Below, piece by piece: positions 56,518-64,000 of a stretch of DNA of 64,000 nt. How positions within the stretch are numbered: the stretch's first letter is position 1; the number at the start of each line of letters is the position of its first letter. Location: NCBI GenBank assembly GCA_034434995.1, contig DAOTYF010000055.1, positions 499-64,498 on the forward strand, written 5' to 3'. The DNA is from Anaerolineae bacterium. GTDB taxonomy: Bacteria > Chloroflexota > Anaerolineae > Aggregatilineales > UBA3940. The position numbers and the translations under genes are program-made. The notes below the pieces were generated by a model. The model worked only from the letters and a program-made list of their open reading frames with translations, ran no database searches and was not told the DNA's origin.

Positions 56518-57135
56518 ATGGCCGATGACCGTCTCCACGTGATCTTGCGGCGGATGTTGCTCTCCGACATTGAGCCAGTGGTGGAGCTGGATCACCTGTC
56601 TTTCCCCACGCCCTGGCCTGCCCGTACTTACCGCTGGGAGATCACCAACCACGACCGCTCAACCATGCTGGTGCTGGAACAGGGACCCCCGCTCGGCCCC
56701 TCGGCCAACGGGTCGGGGCTGAGGAACTGGCTGAAGCAACGTTTGGCTGGGACGCAGGCCGCCGCGCCGCTGCTGGGCTTCTCTGGAATGTGGTACATCG
56801 CTGGCGAGGCGCACGTCAGCACGATAGGGGTTCACCCAGAGTGGCGGGGTCGCAAGCTAGGCGAGTTATTGCTATGGGGTATGGTGCGGCGGGCCATCCA
56901 ACAGGGCGCAGATATGATCACCCTGGAGGTGCGTGTGACCAACCACGTGGCGCAAAACCTGTACCGCAAATACGGGTTGGAGGTAATGGGTCGCCGCAGA
57001 GGCTATTACCGCGATAATGGCGAGGATGCCTACATGATGGGAATCAATCAGCTTGACGCTGCTTACCGTGAACGTATTGTCGCTCTTGGCCGCGACCTGG
57101 CACGCCACCTGCGCGTCACGGATCAGGTGCCTTAG
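56518..57135 (+). CDS. rimI: ribosomal-protein-alanine N-acetyltransferase (RimI-like GNAT)
   Basis: The GNAT motif is IGVHPEWRGRKLGELLL. Its position directly after tsaB matches many bacteria. Confidence 0.8.
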   Translation: MADDRLHVILRRMLLSDIEPVVELDHLSFPTPWPARTYRWEITNHDRSTMLVLEQGPPLGPSANGSGLRNWLKQRLAGTQAAAPLLGFSGMWYIAGEAHVSTIGVHPEWRGRKLGELLLWGMVRRAIQQGADMITLEVRVTNHVAQNLYRKYGLEVMGRRRGYYRDNGEDAYMMGINQLDAAYRERIVALGRDLARHLRVTDQVP

Positions 57136-57168
57136 GCTCTGTCCGCTGGCGCTTGATGCGGAGTGGGA

Positions 57169-58344
57169 TCAGAACCCGAGGTAGACTGCCGGGTTATCGG
57201 GGGTATGATTCCAGCGCATCTCGAAGTGCAGGTGGGGGCCTGTGCTGTTGCCTGTTGAGCCGACCTGACCGACGTAACCACCGCGCGGCACGAATGCCCC
57301 ACATCCCACGCCGTTAACGCTCAGGTGCGCGTAGTAGGTCGTCCATCCATTGCCGTGATCCAGCACCACCAGGACGCCGTAGCCCCAGTCCGCCGGAACC
57401 CAGCCGGAGAAGATGACCACCCCCGAGTCGGCAGCCTGCACGGATGTACCCACCGGGGCGGCGAGGTCAATGCCAGAGTGCCCCGGATAAAACGGCTGCA
57501 CGAAGGTCCCGCCGGGTAGCGGGTTGGCCCACGCGCCCGTGCCTCCCGATCCGGTGAGGCTGGATGAGCACGATCCGGCCATGTTGGGCATAAAGGCACG
57601 GGTGACCGTCCCGCTGACCGGATCGGTCACTTCGACCACCGGCGGCTTCCACAGGTCCGGGTTGATCTCGCTGACGCCGCCCGGCACAACGATCCGCATC
57701 CCCCAAGGGGGAACGTCAGTGGGCGTATACTCGGCCAGCTCGTTGTATTCCGATTCCAGGATGACCTGCGGATCGACCCCAAATTCATCTGCGATAGCCT
57801 GGATACTGTGTTCGCCATCGGCACGGTAGTAGACGCCATCTACTGGCAGGATTGCCAGCTCCATGCCCGGCTGGAGCATGTGCACATCGCCGCGCAGTGT
57901 ATCGGCATTCGACCAGAACAACGTATTCCGGTCGAGGCCAAATGCCTGGGCAATGCCCATCAGCGTATCACCTGGCTGGACGGTGTAGGTAATCACCTGG
58001 TTGCGCGGGCGGTCGGGGATGATGGTGAAAGGCTCGAGCTGCCGGTCTAAGGCTTCGATGGAACCCATTGTGTTGGCTGCCCCGCCGGGCACGTTCAGCC
58101 CTGCCGACAGCGGCCCGCCAACACTGGTAACGGGGGATGGTTGCCTCAGCAGCGGGCGCATCGGCCCAGCGATCAGCAGCGCCACTGCCACCAGGGCCAT
58201 TACCACCGACACCACCGTCAGGTGGTGGTTTAGGAAGCCAAGCGCAGCATCTGCCAAACCGCCAATGCCTGAGCGCGGCACGAAAGTCTCATCAGGGCGG
58301 TCTATCATAAGCAATCCGCATTGCGCAACCAAACGGCCAGGCAC
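57169..58344 (-). CDS. LysM-domain M23 family metallopeptidase (paralog of 1578..2684)
   Basis: The architecture and conserved blocks match the first copy (VQPGDTLMGIAQAFGL, LPVDGVYY, RIVVPGG, HSGIDLAA, GNSTGPHLHFEMR). Confidence 0.85.
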   Translation of the reverse strand: MPGRLVAQCGLLMIDRPDETFVPRSGIGGLADAALGFLNHHLTVVSVVMALVAVALLIAGPMRPLLRQPSPVTSVGGPLSAGLNVPGGAANTMGSIEALDRQLEPFTIIPDRPRNQVITYTVQPGDTLMGIAQAFGLDRNTLFWSNADTLRGDVHMLQPGMELAILPVDGVYYRADGEHSIQAIADEFGVDPQVILESEYNELAEYTPTDVPPWGMRIVVPGGVSEINPDLWKPPVVEVTDPVSGTVTRAFMPNMAGSCSSSLTGSGGTGAWANPLPGGTFVQPFYPGHSGIDLAAPVGTSVQAADSGVVIFSGWVPADWGYGVLVVLDHGNGWTTYYAHLSVNGVGCGAFVPRGGYVGQVGSTGNSTGPHLHFEMRWNHTPDNPAVYLGF

Positions 58345-58515
58345 GGCATGTCCTGGCCGTTGTTGTGCGGTGTTGTGTCCATATTCACCGCGTATACTAT
58401 CGCGCTGTTGTCAGGCCGTCAACCGCGCCCCGAGGGCGTGGGACACTGGATGTAAACCTACCCCACACCGGGGGCACAGCAACCTGTGCCCCCGGCTGGT
58501 CGTGGGGCAGGTCCG

Positions 58516-59472
58516 CTACACAGCCGGAGTTGGAGTGGGCATGGGTTGACCAGGGCGCGTCCCTGCCACCCACGCCCGCCAGGCGAGCGTCCACATGGTC
58601 GAGAAGTACGTTGCAATCGTCCCACCAATGGCCCACAGCACCGGCCACAGCAGGCAGCAGATCGCCATTAAAATGGTAGGCAGGAACAACACCACACCCA
58701 GGGCAATCTGAATGCCAATGTGCACCAAGGCCAGCAGCACCGCGTCACCGAGGTTGGGCTGTAGCACCTGCCAGGCACGTTTGTACGAGTCAATGACACC
58801 CGTGTTTTCCAACATGCAGGCTCGGTCCGCCAGGCCGCGCAGCAGTGCCAGTGGTAGCGAGATCAGCGCACCCAGGCATACGATACCAACGATAACAACA
58901 ATCAGCCCAGTGCTGGTTGCGATCTGCGACGCCGCGTCCTCGACCGTTGTCGCTACAGCAATGATAGGGATAACAAGAGCCAGGGCAATGATAACGGCGA
59001 TGATGGATGGCAGGCTAGCCAGGATTCCGATCCCGATCAGCCGCCAACCCCTGGCCCAGCCCGCCCGCCACGCTTGCCCCAAGCTGGACGCGCCGGTAGC
59101 TTCAATCTCGTTGACTCCGGCGATCAAACCGCCTGTCGCAATTCTCGCCACTACTGCCAATGTAATGCCGATGGTGAAACCAATGCAGAGAAGGCCGATC
59201 AGGATCGGGATGCCGATGGCGGCAAACCGCGCGAACTCCGGGCCAAACTGGCTGAAGTCCTCGAACTGGTCGAAATCAAAGCGGCCAGGGGCCTCATATG
59301 GTGGAGGAGACACATTGTCGTTGGAGGGAAAGCCAAAATTCCCGCCACGGAAGTTGTAATTCCCACCTCCCATACCGCCGCTGCCCAGCGCCACCAGCAC
59401 GCCAAGAAGGATCAGCCATTTGTGGTTCCACACGATACTCCAGGTGCGCCCAAGCAGCGCTCCGATGTCCAT
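58516..59472 (-). CDS. hypothetical polytopic membrane protein
   Basis: It has about 6 TM segments, a Gly/Asn/Phe-rich loop after TM1 and a Pro/Thr C-terminal end. No family is recognised. Confidence 0.55.
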   Translation of the reverse strand: MDIGALLGRTWSIVWNHKWLILLGVLVALGSGGMGGGNYNFRGGNFGFPSNDNVSPPPYEAPGRFDFDQFEDFSQFGPEFARFAAIGIPILIGLLCIGFTIGITLAVVARIATGGLIAGVNEIEATGASSLGQAWRAGWARGWRLIGIGILASLPSIIAVIIALALVIPIIAVATTVEDAASQIATSTGLIVVIVGIVCLGALISLPLALLRGLADRACMLENTGVIDSYKRAWQVLQPNLGDAVLLALVHIGIQIALGVVLFLPTILMAICCLLWPVLWAIGGTIATYFSTMWTLAWRAWVAGTRPGQPMPTPTPAV

Positions 59473-59692
59473 GCAATACCTCCTTAATAGATTCCGCTAC
59501 CCTCAATACGCAGGAATGGGGGGCTGCGTTGCAAGCCCAGGGAGTTGGCAACATCAAAAATGCCCGTGCCTGTCCGGCTTTGGGCTTTGCACAGCACTTG
59601 TTCGATTTTTGGCCTGTCACCAGCAAGATTCGGCCCTGGGCGGGCCTCAGGGCTTAGCAACCGCCCAGGCCGTCTGTAGAGTGGAGGAGCGA

Positions 59693-62389
59693 TCAGCTGT
59701 AATACCCCGCCACACTGGGGTCCTGGGCGGCGCTGAGGCCAGATGACGATGCAGGCAGGATCACCGATGCCCCATTGATCACCACATCCCAGTACGGAAC
59801 CCAGCCGATGCCAAACAGGATGAAGCTGATGTCTTTCTTGTAAGGTGTGATGGGCACCTCATCGATCTGGCGGGCGGCGGCGGCCCACTTTTGGCGCACG
59901 GCCTCCAGTGCCTGTTCCATTTCGCGCTCTGTGGCCTCAAGGCGGTCAGCTAAGTCGAGAAGTTGCTGCTGGCGAATGCCGACCATATCCTCGCTCTGGG
60001 AACTAAAGCGGCGCAGGCGGCCCATCTGCGAGACGGTGCGGTACACATTGCCTTTCATCAGCCGCACCACACTTTCCCCTGCGGAGAGTAGCTCCTCCTG
60101 CTTACGAGCCTCATATTCGTCGCGTTCGGATTCCAGCCGCAGGGCCATCTGCTGGGCGCGGTCTTCGAGGTCCACCAGCTTCTTCTCATATCGCTCCGCG
60201 ACCTTATCCAGCTCGGCATCGCGTAGGTCGCGGGCTGCGGCCTGCACGCGGGCGTAGAAGTCGCGCTTGCTTTCGCCCAGACCGCTGTACAGTTTGAGGG
60301 CGGGATTATAGTACACCATCAACCGTGCGTTGGTATACAGCCAGTCCACCAGGCTGCTCTGCATGTCCTTGAACCCCGAGCCGGTGGCAAGTGTCGGAGG
60401 GACTTCGGCATAGTAGCCCGTGGCGAAGGGGTGCGGCTCCAGAGTGCGTGGGTCAAATGGCTCGGCCTGATACTCAGACCAGTCGAGGTAGGGCACACGG
60501 GGGAGGTTGGGCACAATAAAGGCATACCACAGCGTCTCGAAGGTGTTGGTCTGGGTATGGTTGAAGCGCACCTGCACCTGCGCTAGCAGCGAGGGTCGGT
60601 ACAACAGGCGGCGGCGTGTCTTTACATCCACAGCGGGCTGGCCTGTCCAGCGCTCCCAGTTGCGGATGGATTGTTCAACTGCATATTCGGTGGGGATATA
60701 GTACTGCTGCACAGAGGATGGGATGGCGGGCGGAACCGGCGAGAAACCAGCCGGGGCCTCTTCCTCGGCAGGCTGAGCCTGGGGGAGAGGCGGAGTGATG
60801 GCGGGCCTCATGCTGGGTGCAACCCCCTCCGAGGAGGCCCGCTCTGCGACGGCTTGGGGCGGGTTGAACCCGCCCGCATCGTAGAAGCCTTGAGCAGCTT
60901 CCGAGCCGGGGCGCGGCGGCGGGGTGAAGTAGCTGGGGAAGGTCTCCGGCGCGGTATAGGCCGCGCGTTGACCCGCCATTAGACGGCTGATCTGCTCACG
61001 GGTCAGCGGGCCACGCAAAAAGGACATGGACCAGCGGGTGTGGATGAGGAATGGCGTGGCTGGCTCGTGGATGTTGTGCATTACGAACTGGCGAGGCCCC
61101 AACCGCCCAATCAACTGCGCCACTGAACGCACATCAAGCGCAGAGGTCGCATCGCGGGCACTATCCAACCCTTCCAGGACACGGGCCCGGTCGTTGTCGG
61201 TCTGCATCTTGCCAATAATCCATGTCCCGGCGTTAGCCAGGCCCTTGTAATCCAGATCGGCAGGGTTCTGGGTGGCGATCATCATGCCAATGCCAAAGGC
61301 GCGGGCTTGCTTGAGCAGACGCAGTAACGGCTCTTTAGGGGCGGGGTTACGTGGGTAGGGCGGGAACATGCCGAATACTTCATCGATATAGATGATGGCC
61401 CGCAGGCTGGTTGAGCCAGATAGCGAGCGCATCCAGGCCAGCACCTCTTGCAGCAGCAGCGTGATGATGAACTGCCGCTCGGCATCATTGAGGTGTGCCA
61501 CATAGAAGACCGTCGTGCGCGGGTAGCCCTCCGGCGTGTACAGCAGGGATGGAACATGCAGCGGCTCACCGTTGATCCAGTTCTGGAAGCTGGGCGTGGC
61601 AATGATGTTGTTAAGCCGCTGGGCCAGCTTGAAACGATCCTTCTCCGGGAACAGGGACTCAACATCGAAGACACCCAGCTTGGCAAAGGGCGGCTTCTGC
61701 ACCTGGAGGATCAACTGCTCCATAGATAGATCCACGCCGTTGCGCCAGTTGTACTCGAAGATGTTGGATAGCAGAATATGCTCGCGATCTTCCACCGGCA
61801 CAGCGGTGATGCCAATAAGGGCCAGCAGGGCGGTGACGATCCCGGAGATGCGCTCGCGCAGCATCTCCTCGTTGCCGACCCAGCCCTCGGATGGGGCCGC
61901 AAAGGATTGCAGGATACTGATCTGAAGGCCCGCCTCGGAACCCGGAGTATAGATGCTGAAGCGTGCTGCCTGCCGGTATGCCTGGATGCGCTCATTATCA
62001 ATGCCCCAGGATTCCAGCCCTTCCTTCCACTGAGTGGCGACAATGCGCGCCTGCTCCTCGATGGTGCGGTCGGCGCGGGTGGCATCTTCCGGGTTGACCC
62101 AGGGCAAGAAGTTGTCTGGCGTCAGGTCGGGAAAGGCCAACAGAAGATTAGTGATGTCGCCCTTGGGATCGATGATGATGGAGGGAATGCCATCCAGCAC
62201 AGCCTCTTCGAGGAAGGTCACAGCCAGACCGGTTTTGCCGCTGCCGGTCATGCCGAGGATCACAGCGTGGGTGGTTAGGTCGCGGGCATCGTAGTACACC
62301 GGCGCCGTCTCGATCACCTCGCCGGTCTCCGGGTTGATCTGGGCCCCCAGGTAGAAGTTGTTGGGCGCTTCGGTGAAATGGATCCGCAT
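59693..62389 (-). CDS. HerA/FtsK-superfamily (YjgR/DUF853-like) P-loop ATPase with long C-terminal extension
   Basis: Walker A is ILGMTGSGKTG and Walker B is AIIYIDEVF. The block MMIATQNPADLDYKGLANAGTWIIGK resembles the E. coli YjgR SQNPSD region. The start was trimmed to the ATG at 62389, which follows an AGGAG RBS. Residues from about 480 to 898 form a Pro-rich linker, an unknown domain and a coiled coil. Confidence 0.7.
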   Translation of the reverse strand: MRIHFTEAPNNFYLGAQINPETGEVIETAPVYYDARDLTTHAVILGMTGSGKTGLAVTFLEEAVLDGIPSIIIDPKGDITNLLLAFPDLTPDNFLPWVNPEDATRADRTIEEQARIVATQWKEGLESWGIDNERIQAYRQAARFSIYTPGSEAGLQISILQSFAAPSEGWVGNEEMLRERISGIVTALLALIGITAVPVEDREHILLSNIFEYNWRNGVDLSMEQLILQVQKPPFAKLGVFDVESLFPEKDRFKLAQRLNNIIATPSFQNWINGEPLHVPSLLYTPEGYPRTTVFYVAHLNDAERQFIITLLLQEVLAWMRSLSGSTSLRAIIYIDEVFGMFPPYPRNPAPKEPLLRLLKQARAFGIGMMIATQNPADLDYKGLANAGTWIIGKMQTDNDRARVLEGLDSARDATSALDVRSVAQLIGRLGPRQFVMHNIHEPATPFLIHTRWSMSFLRGPLTREQISRLMAGQRAAYTAPETFPSYFTPPPRPGSEAAQGFYDAGGFNPPQAVAERASSEGVAPSMRPAITPPLPQAQPAEEEAPAGFSPVPPAIPSSVQQYYIPTEYAVEQSIRNWERWTGQPAVDVKTRRRLLYRPSLLAQVQVRFNHTQTNTFETLWYAFIVPNLPRVPYLDWSEYQAEPFDPRTLEPHPFATGYYAEVPPTLATGSGFKDMQSSLVDWLYTNARLMVYYNPALKLYSGLGESKRDFYARVQAAARDLRDAELDKVAERYEKKLVDLEDRAQQMALRLESERDEYEARKQEELLSAGESVVRLMKGNVYRTVSQMGRLRRFSSQSEDMVGIRQQQLLDLADRLEATEREMEQALEAVRQKWAAAARQIDEVPITPYKKDISFILFGIGWVPYWDVVINGASVILPASSSGLSAAQDPSVAGYYS

Positions 62390-62480
62390 GGTGGTTATCT
62401 CCTGCATACAGTTTCGCTCAGGGCGCAACGCGATTGGGGCCGAATTGCCCGTGTGATTTCACCCGCGCCCGCCTGGATCG

Positions 62481-63656
62481 TTACTCGGACAGGCACTGGC
62501 CGCCGAAAGGTAGCAGTGCCTCGGCCCAGCGCCGATTGAACTCCTCTTCATACAGAGCTGCTGCCGACGGATCATAGAGGATGATCATGTTTTCGTCATT
62601 GGATTCGGCGGCGTTCTTACTGAAGTTGAACGAACCAATCGCCACCGCCGCACTGTCCACGATCACCACCTTATGGTGGAAGGTGCGCGGATTGCCATCC
62701 AGCCGCACGTCCAGCCCGGCGTTGAGCATCGGAGGGCACGCGGAAAACTCGGTGTTGGCGCCACGTTGCTCAAATATGCCGAGCACCTCGACCCCCGCCG
62801 AGGCACGGTCAATCATGGCCCCGGCGAGGTCATCATCAGTGAACGAGAAGGCCATAAAGTGAAGGGTGGATTGCGCAGTACGGGCAAAGTCCACCAGACG
62901 CGGCATGACCCCGTCCTCTGGCGAGAAGTAACTCTCAACCCGGATGTCGCCGATGGTGAATGACGGGTAGGGCGTATTAGCGGGTGAGGTCGGGCCGAAC
63001 TGGCCGTTGAACATCTCCTGGAACTCGGCCTCGTAATTCTGGGCCAGCTCCGGGGATCGGATGACAATGGCGTTGTTGTTGTTCCTGAACGTGTCATTGA
63101 CCGTGACATTCCATGAGCCAAGCCACACCGTCGCGCTATCAAAGATAAAGAACTTGTTGTGCATGAACGCGCCGCGCTGGTCGGGCGTGGCAGGAATGCC
63201 TGCACCGATCATTTGCGTCATTTGTGGATCGTCCTCGGTGTGCTCGTCGTCGTAGACAATCTGCACTTCCACACCGCGGTTGTGGGCAGCGATCAGCGCA
63301 TCGGCCACGTTCTGGAGGTTGAACTCAAACACGGCCAGATGGATGCTGGTCTGCGCTGCATTGATGAGGTCAATCAGGTGGGTCTCGATCCCACCGCTAG
63401 TGGTACCGCTGCTATACAGCGATGGCTCGGTGAAGTAGATGGTATAGTAATCTCCCTCCACCTGTGAGGCAGGGGGCGCTACGCCGCCGATCTCGTTCGG
63501 GCGTGGCGTTGCCAGGCCGAGCATCTGCAGGGCTGTGTCCCAACCGTAGATGATTCCCACTACGATCAGCAGCGCCAGGACGACCAGCCCTAGCCGCCAT
63601 GAGACATTGCTGGTGCTGCTGCGACCGCTACTGCGACTGCGGCTACGCTTTGCCAT
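62481..63656 (-). CDS. membrane-anchored phospholipase D-fold protein with two HKD motifs
   Basis: An Arg/Ser-rich N-terminus is followed by one TM helix (LGLVVLALLIVVGIIYGW). HKD motif 1 is FMHNKFFIFD...GSWNVT and motif 2 is FHHKVVIVD...GSFNFS. The start was trimmed to the ATG at 63656. Confidence 0.85.
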   Translation of the reverse strand: MAKRSRSRSSGRSSTSNVSWRLGLVVLALLIVVGIIYGWDTALQMLGLATPRPNEIGGVAPPASQVEGDYYTIYFTEPSLYSSGTTSGGIETHLIDLINAAQTSIHLAVFEFNLQNVADALIAAHNRGVEVQIVYDDEHTEDDPQMTQMIGAGIPATPDQRGAFMHNKFFIFDSATVWLGSWNVTVNDTFRNNNNAIVIRSPELAQNYEAEFQEMFNGQFGPTSPANTPYPSFTIGDIRVESYFSPEDGVMPRLVDFARTAQSTLHFMAFSFTDDDLAGAMIDRASAGVEVLGIFEQRGANTEFSACPPMLNAGLDVRLDGNPRTFHHKVVIVDSAAVAIGSFNFSKNAAESNDENMIILYDPSAAALYEEEFNRRWAEALLPFGGQCLSE

Positions 63657-64000
63657 TGGGCATCTCCCCCTTGAACTGAGATAGAACTTGGGCGAGTATG
63701 TCGGATGGAGACTGAGCCTGGGTGGCCTGTATAGCTTCCCGCAGGGCGTTCGCATCGAGGGCTACGCCAGGGACTGCAGAGGTGGCCTCTACTATCTTAT
63801 CTAGCGCCCCGTCAATCTCTTCGACAGGCGGCTGGTTGCCGAGCACCCCCACCAGCTTGTTGATCCGGCGCACCAGCCTGCGCAGATTCTGGATGTGCGT
63901 TTCGAGCGCCTCAGCAGCCTGGGCATCGTCCAGGCCCGCTGTGCTTTCGGCCAGCCGCCGCGAAATCGCTACTGCCCAATCGATCAGTTGGGATGCCTCA
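63643..64000 (-). CDS. hypothetical helical protein (5' partial, runs off the window)
   Basis: My translation of the minus strand is open from 64000 down to the stop at 63643 (EASQLIDWAVAISRRLAESTAGLDDAQAAEALETHIQNLRRLVRRINKLVG...). The 3' end overlaps the PLD start by 14 nt. No motif is recognised. Confidence 0.5.
   Translation of the reverse strand, partial: EASQLIDWAVAISRRLAESTAGLDDAQAAEALETHIQNLRRLVRRINKLVGVLGNQPPVEEIDGALDKIVEATSAVPGVALDANALREAIQATQAQSPSDILAQVLSQFKGEMPNGKA

Noticed and set aside
59635-59669. A 9-bp hairpin (CCTGGGCGG/CCGCCCAGG) downstream of the ATPase stop, considered as a terminator.
   Set aside because: No U-tract follows it on the minus strand, so the evidence for an intrinsic terminator is weak. 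I note it only as the likely boundary between the ATPase gene and the downstream membrane-protein gene.
1-64000. Scan for tRNA, rRNA, tmRNA, RNase P and SRP RNA, CRISPR repeat arrays, IS elements, integrases and prophage genes.
   Set aside because: I found no T-loop/acceptor patterns (GGTTCGAATCC-like) outside coding context and no GAGGAAAGTCC (RNase P) or SRP motif. No regularly spaced direct repeats were seen. No ORF has transposase, recombinase or phage-structural motifs. The scan was by eye, so small or degenerate elements could have been missed.

Overview
This is a visibly GC-rich, densely coding bacterial chromosomal segment. I support about 58 protein genes on both strands, many joined by 1-4 nt start/stop overlaps. 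The gene content suggests a Chloroflexota/Terrabacteria-type organism, but that is inference only. The supporting content is LysM-M23 peptidase paralogs, tandem DUF3048-type lipoproteins, FHA proteins with long Pro/Ser/Thr tails, a DarA-type PII protein and Bacillus-like yacL-gltX-cysS-rlmB synteny. Most of the window is housekeeping: psuK/psuG, trmD, ychF, sbcD, cysC, folD, comEC, a yitJ-like Hcy-methyltransferase/MTHFR fusion, galK, gltX, cysS, rlmB, ybaK, pyk, tsaB and rimI. I found no rRNA, tRNA, CRISPR array, transposase, integrase or prophage gene. No clear-cut novel system is proven. The loci most worth a second look are listed here. (1) A co-directional cluster at the 3' edge (59.7-64.0 kb, minus strand) holds an edge-truncated helical ORF, a membrane-anchored two-HKD phospholipase-D-fold protein and an 898-aa HerA/FtsK-type ATPase with a ~400-aa uncharacterised C-terminal extension. 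(2) A class-III aminotransferase is translationally coupled to an unannotated protein with kinase-like motifs (5.96-8.24 kb). (3) A ~600-bp non-coding region carries a near-consensus promoter, an AT-rich palindrome and terminator-like hairpins upstream of an ABC-2 transporter (12.1-12.7 kb). (4) ComEC has a degenerate metallo-beta-lactamase HxHxDH motif and is start/stop-coupled to a membrane-anchored molybdopterin-oxidoreductase-domain protein. All product calls come from motif and family recognition by eye on the supplied translations. No searches or folding calculations were run.
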